This document shows positions 49,380 to 62,015 of a stretch of 64,000 nucleotides of DNA, one piece after another. Under the pieces are notes generated by a model that saw only the letters and a list, made by a program, of their open reading frames with translations, was not told the origin of the DNA and ran no database searches. The DNA comes from Leucoraja erinacea (lineage: Eukaryota). Each line of letters begins with the position of its first letter. The stretch's first letter is position 1. Location: the NCBI RefSeq assembly GCF_028641065.1, contig NC_073414.1:5456001-5520000 (forward strand), given 5' to 3'. The translations under genes and the position numbers were made by a program.

Positions 49380-49586
49380 CGATGCCGTCGCCTCTGTACT
49401 GCTCGTGAGTTGGCGTCGATATTGCATAGCCGTTGTTTCTGCAGAAGAATATGATGGGGCACTCTAAAGTGGCCGAAAAGTTGAAGCCGGCATGAGCATC
49501 CCCTTCGCTTGCCGCGCCTTCTCCGAAGTAGCAGATGACGGCGCGGTCCGCCTGGCTGACCTTGTAGGCGTATGCGGCCCCGACGG
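49380..49586 (-). CDS. BCKDHA: BCKDHA exon 6 (ThDP-binding motif)
   Basis: [43 protein letters not shown], 207 nt. Confidence 0.96.
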
Positions 49587-51138
49587 CTGGCGGTCAAAGA
49601 GCGGAGAGAGGGTCAAAGAAAGCATGGTCACGCGGAAACGATAAATTCAATCAATGATGCCTAACGGGATCAAGTACAAACTGGGCTTGTTCCCATACAC
49701 TCCCCACCCTCTCCCCCAACCCCTCACTCCATCCACTGGTGCAGCTTGAGGAAGGGGCAAGGAACAGCAGAGGGGATGTTCCATTTTGCTTTAGTGCTGA
49801 CGGAGACTAGTTTGTCTTGTAAAGTAGGAGTTATGGTGATAATAAATGTGGTAAAGTCCCACCAACATCCTGGTTTGAAGAGCAATCTGCTGGAGGAATT
49901 CAGTGGGTCGAGCAGCTTCTGTGGGGGGGCTGCACGACTGAGATGCAGCGGCTCAATAGACAATAGTTGCAGGAGGAGGCCATTCGGCCCTTCGAGCCAG
50001 CACCGCCTTTCAATGTGATCATGGCTGATCATCCCCAATCAGTACCCTGATCCTGCCTGCTCCCCATATCGCCTGACTCCACCATCTTTAAGAGCCCTAT
50101 CTAGCTCTCTCTTGAAAGTATCCATTGAACCTGCCTCCACCGCCCTCTGAGGCAGAGAATTCCACAGACTCACAACTCTCTGTGTGAAAAAGTGTTTCCC
50201 CATCTGCGCTCTAAATGGCTTACCCCTTTTTCTTAAACTGTGTGGCCCCTGGTCCTGGAGAGGGATATGGGCCAAATGCGGGCAGATCATAGTGAAAGGG
50301 TCACAGAGCATTGAAACATTAGCCCAGTTTGCCCACGCTGACCAAGATGCCCCTTCCACCATGATCCCACCTGCCTACATTTGGCCTACATCCCTCTGAA
50401 CATTTCCTATCCATGTACCTGTCGAACTGTCTTTTAAATGTTGTTACAGCAGCAAATGGGTCAACTTAGATGAGACAACTTGGTCAGCATGGACAAGTTG
50501 GGCCGAAGAGTCTGTTTCCGTGCTCTACGACTGAGTTTTCATCAGGCATCTGAACCATTCTACTACAACTAGAGAGCAGTCCCGAACTACCTTCTACCGC
50601 ATTGGAGACTATCTTTGATCGGACTTTATTGGGTTTATCATGCACTAAATGTTATTCAGGTTATTCCCTTTATCATGCATCTGTACACTGCGAATGGCTC
50701 GGTTGTAATCATGTATTGTCTTTCCGCTGACTGGTTAACAGGCATCAAAGGCTTTTCACTGCACCTCGGTACACGTGACAATAAACTAGACTCAACTGAA
50801 CTAACTTGTCGGCGGGACGGTAGTGTTGCTGCCTCACAGCGCCAGAGACCGGGGTTCGATCCTGACTACGGGTGCTGTCTGTATGGAGTTTGTACGTTCT
50901 CCCCGTGACCTGCGTGGGTTTTCTCAGAGATCTTCGGACATACAGGTTTGTAGGTTAATTGGCTTGGCATAAATATGAAAAATCTGTCCATAGTGTCTGT
51001 AGGACAGTGTTAGTGTGTGGGGATCGCTGGTCAGTGTGGACTCGGTGGGCCAAAGTGCCTGTTTCCGCACTGTATCATCTCTAATCTAAACTAAACTAAA
51101 CGAAGCAAAGGTAACCTGTTGAGATTTCTAATCATTAC

Positions 51139-51300
51139 CCTGGGGTATTTGCGTGGCTAAGGGAGAGGAGATTGTAACGAAGTGTAGATCCTTGCTGCCG
51201 TAATGAACTGGCATCTGGCGGCCCTTGCCCACATCGCTAGCGCTGGCATAACACTGCGCCATGAAGAGCTCCAGCGACAGGCCTCGGTACATGAGGACAC
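51139..51300 (-). CDS. BCKDHA: BCKDHA exon 5
   Basis: GVLMYRG...[30 protein letters not shown], 162 nt. Confidence 0.95.
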
Positions 51301-52041
51301 CTGCAGGGGTGACAAAGTACAACCTGAGCAATGGTAATGAATTGGCAGTGTCTGAGATGACGAACCCCTTACAAATCGCACACCTTCCTAATCACTACAC
51401 AGGAGACACAGAGGCACACAGCACAATCTCATTACTGGCAAACTAGAGATTAAACTGTTGTCTTGTTTAAGAAGGAACTGCAGATGCTGGAAAATCGAAG
51501 GTAGACAAAAATGCTAGAGAAACTCAGCGGGTGCAGCAGCATCTATGGAGCGAAGGAAATAGGCAACGTTTCGGTTCGAGACCCTTCTTAACTGTTGTCT
51601 TGGTTATTCTACTCAAGGGGAAATATATTGGCCAGGATGCTGGGAGAACTAAGGAGCGGTACGGTGGCGCAGCGGTAGAGTTGCTGCCTCACAGCGCCAC
51701 AGATCTGGGCTTGAGCCTGACTACGGGTGCTGTCTGTACGGTCTCCCCATGACCGGCGTGGGTTTTCCCCGTGTGGTCCAGTCACCTCCCACACTCCAAA
51801 GACGTGCAGGTTTACAGGTAAATAGGAGGCTTGGTATAAGTGTAAATTGTCACTAGTGTGCGTAGGATAGTGTTAATGTGCGGGGATCGCTGGTCGGTGC
51901 AGACTTGGCGGCTGAAGGGCCTGTTTCTGCGCTGTATCTCTAAATTAGACAAAACTGTTTATTGTAGTTATTGTACTTAAGAGGAAAAATATTGCCAGGA
52001 TGCTGGGACAACTAAGGGGCCCCAAGTCTCTGCTGGTGTAA

Positions 52042-52968
52042 AGGGCCTTTCCCACTTACGCAATTTTTTTCGGCGACTGCCAGCACCCGTCAGAGTCGCA
52101 GCAGGTAGCCGAAAATGTTCAACATGTTGAAAATCCAGCGGTGACCAGAAAAAGGTACGACTCTTTGGGCGACTATGCACGACCATATAGACGCCACCCT
52201 GCGACATGTCACCAGTATGGTCGTGAGTAGTCGCCCAAACATAGAAACATAGAAACATAGAAATTAGGTGCAGGAGTAGGCCATTCGGCCCTTCGAACCT
52301 GCACCGCCATTCAATATGATCATGGCTGATCATCCAACTCAGTATCCCGTACCTGCCTTATCTCCATACCCTCTGATCCCCTTGGCCACAAGGGCCACAT
52401 CTAACTCCCTCTTAAATATAGCCAATGAACTGGCCTCAACTACCCTCTGTGGCAGAGAGTTCCAGAGATTCACCACTCTCTGTGTGAAAAAAGTTCTCCT
52501 CATCTCGGTTCTAAAGGATTTCCCCCTTATCCTTAAGCTATGACCCCTTGTCCTGGACTTCCCCAACATCGGGAACAATCTTCCTGCATCTAGCCTGTCC
52601 AACCCCTTAAGAATTTTGTAAGTTTCTATAAGATCCCCTCTCAATCTCCTAAATTCTAGAGAGTATAAACCAAGTTTATCCAGTCTTTCTTCATAAGACA
52701 GTCCTGACATCCCAGGAATCAGTCTGGTGAACCGTCTCTGCACTCCCTCCATGGCAATAATGTCCTTCCTCAGATTTGGAGACCAAAACTGCACGCAATA
52801 CTCCAGGTGTGGTCTCACCAAGACCCTGTACAACTGATCGTACCAAAGAGTCGTACCTTTTTCTGGCCGCCACTGGATTTTCAACACGTTGAAAATCTTC
52901 GGCCACCTGCTGAGACCATGACGGGTGCCGGCAGTCACCGAAAAAATCTCATAAGTGGGACAGGCCCT
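52042..52968. mobile_element. Harbinger-type MITE split by CR1
   Basis: AGGGCCT(T/G)TCCCACTTA TIRs, TAA duplication; relatives at 1289-1499, ~16553-16835, ~20197-20350. Confidence 0.8.
52240..52836 (-). mobile_element. CR1 3' fragment nested inside a Harbinger-type MITE
   Basis: Splits the MITE at 52042-52968; CCAAA on both sides. Confidence 0.88.
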
Positions 52969-53070
52969 TAAGGCAGCAACTCTACTGTTGTGCCTCCATG
53001 TGGCCCTATTCATTGTTAAATCTTATGTCTTATCTGGCAGCCCAGGATATAAACGCCACATTTCACTTAC

Positions 53071-53179
53071 CTGCCTCCCTGTATTGTCCAAACACCAAGT
53101 CATCTGGTTCCAACGCAGCTGCACTGCCGATATGTGTGCCCTCCTCACCGTAGTTTGTCATGTAGAAGGATATGCGGCC
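53071..53179 (-). CDS. BCKDHA: BCKDHA exon 4
   Basis: [36 protein letters not shown], 109 nt. Confidence 0.95.
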
Positions 53180-54010
53180 CTGTAACACAGGCACAGTGTC
53201 TAACACTGGCAATGGTCCATAAGCCGGGACACGCCAATGCTCTTCACAATCAATGAAGAACTTTTTGTAACACAGTCACTGATGGAATGCAGGAAGCCAC
53301 AAAGGGCAGTTTGCACACAGCAAGCTTCCACAAACAGCAGTGTGTTTACAATGAGATTATACGCGCATAAGTCATAGGAGAAGAAGTAGGCCATTCGGCC
53401 CACTGAGTCTACTTCGCCAGTCAATCATGGCTGATCTATCATTCCCTCTCAACCCCATTCTCTTGCTTGTTCCTCAATAACATGACACCCTAAACATCAG
53501 TCAATCTCCCCCATAACTATCTCATGGATTCCACAGATTCTGACTAAAGAAATTCCTCTTCATCCCCTTTTATTCTGAGGTGATTCCCTCTGGTCCTAGA
53601 CACTCCCACCAGTGGAAACATCCTCTCCACGTCCACTATATCCAGGCCTTTCACTATTCGGAAGTTTCAATGAGGTTCCTCCCACCTCATCTTCCTAAAC
53701 TCCAGCGAGTGCTGGCCCAGTGCCAAACGCTCATTAATATGTTAACCCACTCAACCCCGGGATCATTCTTGCATGATCCTCTCCGTCGCGAACACATCCT
53801 TCCTCAGATATGGGGCACACAATCTGTTTTTAGAGGCGTTGGGAGAAGCTAGGACACCAGAGAGAACCCCCTTGCTCCTCTAACCCAGCGGACGGATTTC
53901 ATTTGTAATGTCGGTACGTCAACAGTGCAGCTCTCAGTTCAGCCATGAAAGAAAAGAATTAGTGGCTCAAGTGCCAAAACAAGCAGAGGAAAATCCTGCC
54001 GTGTACTTAC

Positions 54011-54097
54011 TTGTCGTTGAGACTCGTACAAAATGCGATCCATGGTGTTCAGCAGCGTCATCTTCTGATAGAATTTGAGGACCATCTCCTTTGGCAA
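54011..54097 (-). CDS. BCKDHA: BCKDHA exon 3
   Basis: [29 protein letters not shown], 87 nt, AG/GT. Confidence 0.95.
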
Positions 54098-55720
54098 CTA
54101 CAGGAAGGGCAGAAAGAGTAGATCTGTGAATGGGGCAAAAACTCACCAGCTTAGTGAATGGAAGGGTTAATAACCACTTCAGGCCGTGGAGGAATGGAAA
54201 CACTGCAATAGTAAGTGTGGGAAGGTACTGCAAATGCTGGTTTAAACCAAAGATAGACACAAAAAGCTGGAGTAACTCAGCGGGTCAGATAGCATCTCTG
54301 GAGAAAGCTAATAGGTGATGTTTTGAGTTGAGACCCTTCTTCAAACTTACGTTTTGGGTCGAGACCCTTCTTCAGACTAGAAGGGTCTCCACCCGAAACA
54401 TCACCTATTCCTTTTCTGCAGAGATGCAGTCTGAGTTACTCCAGCTTTTTGTGTCTATCTTCACTGCCTGTAATAATATAACCGCCTTGAGAGAAGGGAC
54501 TGACAGAAATAACTGAGGTCTAGAAGGGAACTCCATTTGCAAGCTATTTTAATATTGGACTGAAATCACTGAGAAAAGAAAAGTCCATATTTTTCCAGGG
54601 TGGCATAGTGGGGCAGCGGTAGAGTTGCTGCCTTACAGCGCCGGAGACCCGGGTTTGATCCCGACTACAGGTCCTGTCTGTGTGGAGTTTGTATGTTCTC
54701 CTCATGACCCGAGTGGGTTTCCTCCGAGACCTTCAGTTTCTTCCCACACTCCAAAGATGTACAGGTTTGTAGGTTAATTGGCTTGGTGTAAATGTATACA
54801 TGCAAAATAGTCCATGACCTCAAGAAATTGCAGCTAATTGTGGACGCAGCCCAGACAATCACCAAAACGTACTCTCTTCCATTGACTCCATTTATACCTC
54901 ACACTGCCTCAGCAAGGCCAGCAGTATAATCAAGGATGAGTCGCACCCCTGGCCACTCCCTCTTCTCCCCTCTCCCATCTAGCCAAAGGTGCAGAAGTGT
55001 GAAAACGCACACCTCCAGATTCAGGGATAGTTTCTTCCCAGCTGTTATCAGGCAACGAAATCATCCTTCCACAGCCAGAGAGCAGTGCTGAACTACTATC
55101 TACCTCATTGGTGACCCCCGGACTATTCTTGTTCACACTTTGCTGGCTTTACCTTGCACTAAATGCTATTCCCTTATCATGTAGATACTGTATTCCCATA
55201 TCATGTATCACTCTAAATGGCTCAATTGTAATCATGCATTGTCTTTCCACTGACAACAAAAGCTTTTCACTGCACCTCGGTACATTTGACAATAAACTAA
55301 AAGCCATGTCCCACGGTGCGAGTTCATTTGAAGAGCTCTCCCGAGTTTGCCCTGACTCGAACTCGGAGATTTACGGTAATGGCCACGGTACTCGAGGCTC
55401 TCGTGGACATTTTTCAACGTTGAAAAATCTTCACGAGTCTTCCCATGCTTACCTGCCGTTAGCAAGTCTACCCGAGTACCTGCCGTTAGCGTTACGAGCC
55501 GCTAAGAGACGTCCCGAGCTCCGACGTACCCGCTACGTTCATTCTCTGTGCTTACCATGAGTTTGATTTTTTTTTAACTCGGGAGAGCACTTGAATAAAC
55601 TGGCACCGTGGGACAGGGCTTTAGACGTATTATTCCCTATCAGGCCACTGTGAGACCGCATGTTAATGGTTCAACATGGCACCAGGCTGCAGTTCTGCTT
55701 TGGGATGGCACATGACAAAC

Positions 55721-55897
55721 CTTGGGGTCTTCATCCGGGTTCATGATCTGTCCCTGTCGGTCCATGACCCGATAGATGGGAATACCGGATATTACGTTGG
55801 GCTGGATAAACTCCAGCCTGTCCACAAAATCCGCGGAGGCCCCCGGGAACTGGGGCTTCTCATCCAGCGACGTGAATTGCTGCTGATGAACTGCATG
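55721..55897 (-). CDS. BCKDHA: BCKDHA exon 2
   Basis: [47 protein letters not shown]; AG/GT flanks. Confidence 0.95.
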
Positions 55898-58371
55898 CTG
55901 GAGAGAGAACAGGAAAGTGTCAGGTGTCAAATATACATGCGACGCATGACAAACTATCCTCCTTGGAACTGAGGAGAGATTTCATTGAGATATTCAAAAT
56001 TCTTTTAAACATATAAAATTATAAAAGGATTGGACAAGCTAGATGCAGGATAAATGTTTCCAATGTTGGGCGAGTCCAGAACCAGGGGCCACAATCTTAG
56101 AATAAAGGGGAGGTCATTTAAGACTGAGGTGAGAAAAAACTTTTTCACCCAGATAGTTGTGAATTTGTGGAATTCCCTGCCACGGAGGGCAGTGGAGGCC
56201 AAGTCACTGGATGGATTTAAGAGAGAGTTAGATAGAGCTCTAGGGGCTGGTGGAATCAAGGAATATGGGGAGAAGGCAGGCACGGGTTATTGATTAGGGA
56301 CGATCAGCCATGATCACAATGAATCGCGGTGCTGGCTCGAAGGGCTGAATGGCCTCCTCCTGCACCTATTTTCTATGTTTCTTTGAATCCTAAAACTACA
56401 GCCTGAAAGGGTAATAGAAGCAGAATCAATTTAGGGAAATTTTAAAAATCGAAAGGGAAAAAGTGCAGTAATTAGTAGATAGACACAAAATGCTGGAATA
56501 ACTCAGCAGGACAGGCAGCATCTCTGGAGAGAAGGAATGGGTGACGTTTCAGTCTGAAGAAAGGTCTCTAAAGATTCAGTCTGAAGAAGGGTCTCCACCC
56601 AAAACGTCACCCATTTCTTCTCTCCAGAGATGCTGCCTGTCCCGCTGTGTTACTCCAGCATTTTGTGTCTATCTTCGATTTAAACCAGCATCTGCAGTTC
56701 TTCCCCGCAGTAATTAGTACCTTTGCAAACATGAAACACAGCAAATTTGCACACAGCAAGAATCCATGATCACCAATGAGATAATGCAGGAGATAATGGT
56801 TGTAAAAAAATATATGATTTTGGTTTAGATACAAATATTATTTAGGATGTCTACCCAAGTAGGTTAAGTTGGGTTTGGTAAAAATATCAAATTGTCTTTA
56901 GTGCTATTGTGTGGAGATGGCTGGTCGGCAGGGACGTGACGGGCTGAAGGGTCAGTAACCACGTCGTATGCCTAAACATCCATATTTTACAGCCCTCTAC
57001 TGTATCACTCGTCACAGTTTCTTTGTCCCTCAAGAGAAATACGACCCAATCTTGACTGCATAACGCACTGGGTTTGTTTGTACAATATTATCACAAGTGA
57101 TTTTGTACCTGGTAACGAGTGCTCTTACTAAGTGCTCTGCCCTTGTACTAAGTTATCTGATTTCTGTATGCTGTAATCCCCATTCTACTCTCCACCTGAG
57201 CAGAGAGCATTCACATCACAAATTGTTTCATCCAAAGAAAAAACTAAGATGGGCCCACACAGTAACGCAGTGCCAGAGACTTGGGTTCAATCCTGACTAT
57301 GGGTGCAGTCTATACGGAATTTGTACGGTCTCCCTGAGGGTTTTCTCTGGGTGCTCTGGTTTCCTCCCGCACTCCAAAGACGTACAGGTTTGTAGGCCAA
57401 TAGACATCGGTAAAATTGTAATGTGTCTCTAGTGTGGAGGATAGTGTTAGTGGATGGAGTGATCACTGGTTGGCATGGACTAGAGGGGTGAGAGCGCGTT
57501 TAAGGGCCTGTAGATGCTGGAAACAGAATTTTTTTTAAAGACAAGGTTCTGGAGGAACTCAAGTAAAAGACAAATTGCCGGAGGAACTCAGCAGGTCAGA
57601 CAGTATCTCAGGATCCATAGAGTCATACAGTGTGGAGACAGTCAGCATGGAATGTGTTATAAACAGGACCAGGTATATGTGGAGGGACGAGGACAGACGA
57701 CCATTAGAGTCGAGACATTCCCTCAGAAGTTAAGAGTGTTTTATTGTCATGTGTCCCAGATAGAACAATTAAATTCTTACTTGCAGCAGCACAACAGAAT
57801 ATGTGAACATTGTACTCTGTAAACACAGTAAACTGTAAATATAATAAACAAGGAAAAAAAACTTCAGTGTGTATATGTGCGCGTGTACACAAAGAGGAAG
57901 ATGACTGAACTTTATTGCCTTCCATCACAGTGGGAAACGTTGATTCCGCTGTGGTGGATGTTTATGTTAAACTCTATTGTGTATTGTGTTCTTTTTATTT
58001 GTATGGCAACTCAAATTTCATGTGACCATAAATGTGAACTTGAACTTGAAGTTTGTGTGTGTGTGTGAACTGAAGATGCTGGTTTAAACTAAACAGTTTC
58101 GGCTCGAGACCCTTCTTCAGACCGTGTGTGTGAGTATATATATATATATATACACACAATCACACAACAGGAACATCCTATATATTATAGTGAATTATAG
58201 GATGTTTCCGTTGTGCTTCAAAATGTGTGTGTATGTATAATATATATATAGAACCGTGACATTCTTACTTGTAGCAGCACAACAATATGTAAAGCCTTCA
58301 GATCCCACAAAACACGCAGATGCTGTCAAAGACTCCAACGTACGTATATATATATCATGTGTTTGTGTATA

Positions 58372-58563
58372 NNNNNNNNNNNNNNNNNNNNNNNNNNNNN
58401 NNNNNNNNNNNNNNNNNNNNNNNNNNNNNNNNNNNNNNNNNNNNNNNNNNNNNNNNNNNNNNNNNNNNNNNNNNNNNNNNNNNNNNNNNNNNNNNNNNNN
58501 NNNNNNNNNNNNNNNNNNNNNNNNNNNNNNNNNNNNNNNNNNNNNNNNNNNNNNNNNNNNNNN
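58372..58563. other. Assembly gap
   Basis: Run of N. Confidence 0.99.
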
Positions 58564-59302
58564 NTACGGCGGTGGAAAGCACACATTGTCCGGAAACATA
58601 GAAATCTCAGGGTAATTGCCCTTCGAGCCTGCACCGCCATTCAATATGATCAGGCTCATCCAAGAGTATCCCGTACCTGCCTTTCATACCCCCTGATCCC
58701 CTTAGCCACAAGGGCCACATCTAACTCCCTCTTAAATATAGCCAATGAACTGTGGCCTCAACTACCCTCTGTGGCAGAGAGTTCCAGAGATTCACCACTC
58801 TCTGTGTGAAAAAAAGTTCTTCTCATCTCGGTTTTAAAGGATTTCCCCCTTATCCTTAAACTGTGACCCCTTGTCCTGGACTTCCCTAACATCGGGAACA
58901 ATCTTCCTGCATCTAGCCTGTCCAACCCCTTAAGAATTTTGTAAGTTTCTATAAGATCCCCTCTCAATCTTCTAAACTCTAGAGAGTATAAACCAAGTCT
59001 ATCCAGGCTTTCTTCATAAGACAGTCCTGAATCCCAGGAATCAGTCTGGTGAACCGTCTCTGCACTCCCTCTATGGCAATAATGTCCTTCCTCAGATTTG
59101 GAGACCAAAACTGTACGCAAAACTGCACGGATGTTCCCGTCGTGCTTCAAAATGTGTATGTATAATATATATATATAGAACCGTGACATTCTTACTTGTA
59201 GCAGCACAACAATATGTAAAGCCTTCAGATCCCACAAAACACGCAGATGCTGTCAAAGACTCCAACGTACGTATATATATATATATCATGTGTTTGTGTA
59301 TA

Positions 59303-59550
59303 NNNNNNNNNNNNNNNNNNNNNNNNNNNNNNNNNNNNNNNNNNNNNNNNNNNNNNNNNNNNNNNNNNNNNNNNNNNNNNNNNNNNNNNNNNNNNNNNNN
59401 NNNNNNNNNNNNNNNNNNNNNNNNNNNNNNNNNNNNNNNNNNNNNNNNNNNNNNNNNNNNNNNNNNNNNNNNNNNNNNNNNNNNNNNNNNNNNNNNNNNN
59501 NNNNNNNNNNNNNNNNNNNNNNNNNNNNNNNNNNNNNNNNNNNNNNNNNN
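59303..59550. other. Assembly gap
   Basis: Run of N. Confidence 0.99.
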
Positions 59551-59817
59551 ACATGATATATTTATACACGTATGTTGGAGTCTTTGACAGCATGTGCGTG
59601 TTGTTTTGTGGGATCTGAAGGCTTTACATATTGTTGTGCTGCTACAAGTAAGAATGTCACGGTTGTATCTGGGACAGGGGACAATAAACACTCTTGCCTG
59701 ACTCCGGGCCAGCAGCAGGTTTGACCGGTCGCCCTTCACGCCGCAGCGGCGCCGCGGCCGCGGCCCTCTCCCTCCTTCCCTCCCTCCCTGACCCACAGCC
59801 CCGTGACATTGACTTAC

Positions 59818-59910
59818 ACTGGCGGAGAGAGGCCGCCGAGCCCCGGCAGCGATGGAGCAGCGGACGCCGCGCCAGCCTCTGCCCAGTTGTCTGATCACCG
59901 CCGCCGCCAT
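59818..59910 (-). CDS. BCKDHA: BCKDHA exon 1 (mitochondrial transit peptide)
   Basis: MAAAVIRQLGRGWRGVRCSIAAGARRPLSAS, Arg-rich with no acidic residues; donor gtaagt. Confidence 0.85.
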
Positions 59911-60262
59911 CTTCACCCTCTAGCCCAGCTGCTGCTGTTGCCCCACAGTGTCAACACCCCCACATACACAACCCCAGGACCCCACCCATCCCTCACTCCC
60001 ACCGACCCCCAACCAGAATAAAATAATCAACCCTTTAAAAAAGTTAATAACCGCCGACAAATTCCCTTCAGAGAAACTAATTTAAACCAGGCGTGCGTTG
60101 GACATCTGTGGTTGTGGGGGCCTGGATGGGGGATGTCGCGGGTTGCCTCTCCCGCAGCGGATTGGCCGGGGTGGGCGGGTCCGGCCGCTGATTGGTGGAG
60201 GGCGCTGTCCGTCAGGCGCGGTGACGCGGGTAGAGTGCGCCGCCGGGTGGGCGGGAAACAAA
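59911..60262. promoter_or_regulatory. Bidirectional CpG-island promoter for BCKDHA and EXOSC5
   Basis: 352 bp between divergent ATGs; ATTGG (CCAAT) boxes near 60161 and 60191; GGGCGG boxes; YY1-like AANATGGCGGC over both start codons. Confidence 0.8.
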
Positions 60263-60365
60263 ATGGCGGCGGCGGCGGTTGGGGGCGAGATGCAGCTGCT
60301 GCGCCCGTTCTGCTGCGAACACGGACTCCTGTCCCGGCCCGACGGCTCGGCCTGTTTCACACAAG
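60263..60365 (+). CDS. EXOSC5: Exosome component RRP46, exon 1
   Basis: [23 protein letters not shown] versus recalled human [23 protein letters not shown]; G|gtgggt. Confidence 0.92.
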
Positions 60366-60853
60366 GTGGGTGCTGCTGTGCTGCTGTGCTGCACGGCCCT
60401 TGCCACGGCCCGCAGGGACACGCCAGTGTTTAACAAGGAACTGCAGATGCTGGAAAATCCTCATCTCCCTGCTGCCGTCAGGTAGAAGGTACATGAGCGC
60501 ATGCAGGTGCAGCAGGCAGTGAAGAAAGCGAATGGTATGTTAGCATTCATATGTTAGCATTCTTAGCAAAAGGATTTGAGTATAGGAGCAGGGAGGTTCT
60601 ACTGCAGAGGAGGAGAGAGGACGGATGAGTGCGCAGTTCAGAAAAGAAAGAGTACAATTTGATTTGGTAGATATTTTGCAAGGGAGTTCATATAAGTGCT
60701 ATCAAATCCTGCTGCTTTTTCTTAGGGTAACCAATTTGTTCGGAAGGATATAGGTTATTAGTATATTGAATGGTGTTGTTTGATCCACACTCCATGCCAG
60801 TTGGTGGCGGTAATGCACCAAAAACGTTGTTTGCCAACCGCCAAAAAACACTG

Positions 60854-61667
60854 CATAGAAACATAGAAATTAGGTGCAGGAGTAGGCCATTCGGCCCTTC
60901 GAGCCTGCACCGCCATTCAATATGATCATGGCTGATCATCCAACTCAGTATCCCGTACCTGCCTTCTCTCCATACCCCCTGATCCCCTTAGCCACAAGGG
61001 CCACATCTAACTCCCTCTTAAATATAGCCAATGAACTGGCCTCAACTACCCTCTGTGGCAGAGAGTTCCAGAGATTCACCACTCTCTGCGTGAAAAAAGT
61101 TCTTCTCATCTCGGTTTTAAAGGATTTCCCCTTTATCCTTAAGCTGTGACCCCTTGTCCTGGACTTCCCTAACATCGGGAACAATCTTCCTGCATCTAGC
61201 CTGTCCAACCCCTTAAGAATTTTGTAAGTTTCTATAAGATCCCCTCTCAATCTTCTAAATTCTAGAGAGTATAAACCAAGTCTATCCAGTCTTTCTTCAT
61301 AAGACAGTCCTGACATCCCAGGAATCAGTCTGGTGAACCGTCTCTGCACTCCCTCTATGGCAATAATGTCCTTCCTCAGATTTGGAGACCAAAACTGTAC
61401 GCAATACTCCATGTGTGGTCTCACCAAGACCCTGTACAACTGCAGTAGAACCTCTCTGCTCCTATACTCAAACCCTTTTGCAATGAAAGCTAACATACCA
61501 TTCGCTTTCTTTACTGCCTGCTGCACCTGCATGCCTACCTTCAATGACTGGTGTACCATGACACCCAGGTCTCGCTGCATCTCCCCCTTTCCCAATCGGC
61601 CACCATTTAGATAATAGTCTGCTTTCCTATTTTTGCCACCAAAATGGATAACCTCACATTTATCCAC
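60854..61667 (-). mobile_element. Young 5'-truncated CR1 LINE
   Basis: Open RT C-terminal ORF, near-identical to the 21916 copy. Confidence 0.92.
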
Positions 61668-61751
61668 GAAAGCGAATGGTATGTTAGCATTCATATGTTA
61701 GCATTCTTAGCAAAAGGATTTGAGTATAGGAGCAGGGAGGTTCTACTGCAG

Positions 61752-62015
61752 AGGAGGAGAGAGGACGGATGAGTGAGCAGTTCAGAAAAGAAAGAGTACA
61801 ATTTGATTTGGTAGATATTTTGCAAGAGAGTTCATATAAGTGCTATCAAATCCTGTTGCTTTTTCTTAGGGTAACCAATTTGTTCGGAAGGATATAGGTT
61901 ATTAATATATGTAATGGTGTTGTTTGATCCACACTCCATGCCAGTTGGTGGCAGTAATGCACCAAAAAAGTTGTTTGCCAACCGCCAAAAAACACTGCAT
62001 AGAAGAAGAAGAAGA
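61752..62015 (+). mobile_element. Short (GAA)n-tailed retroposed fragment with 14-bp target duplication
   Basis: Flanked by AGGTTCTACTGCAG on both sides inside an older CR1; family not identified. Confidence 0.7.

Noticed and set aside
52339-53013. 224-aa ORF as a novel fusion gene
   Set aside because: MITE sequence happens to be in frame with an inserted CR1 RT tail within a BCKDHA intron
58195-59916. Long ORFs containing X runs
   Set aside because: Artefacts of N gaps; only 59818-59910 is coding
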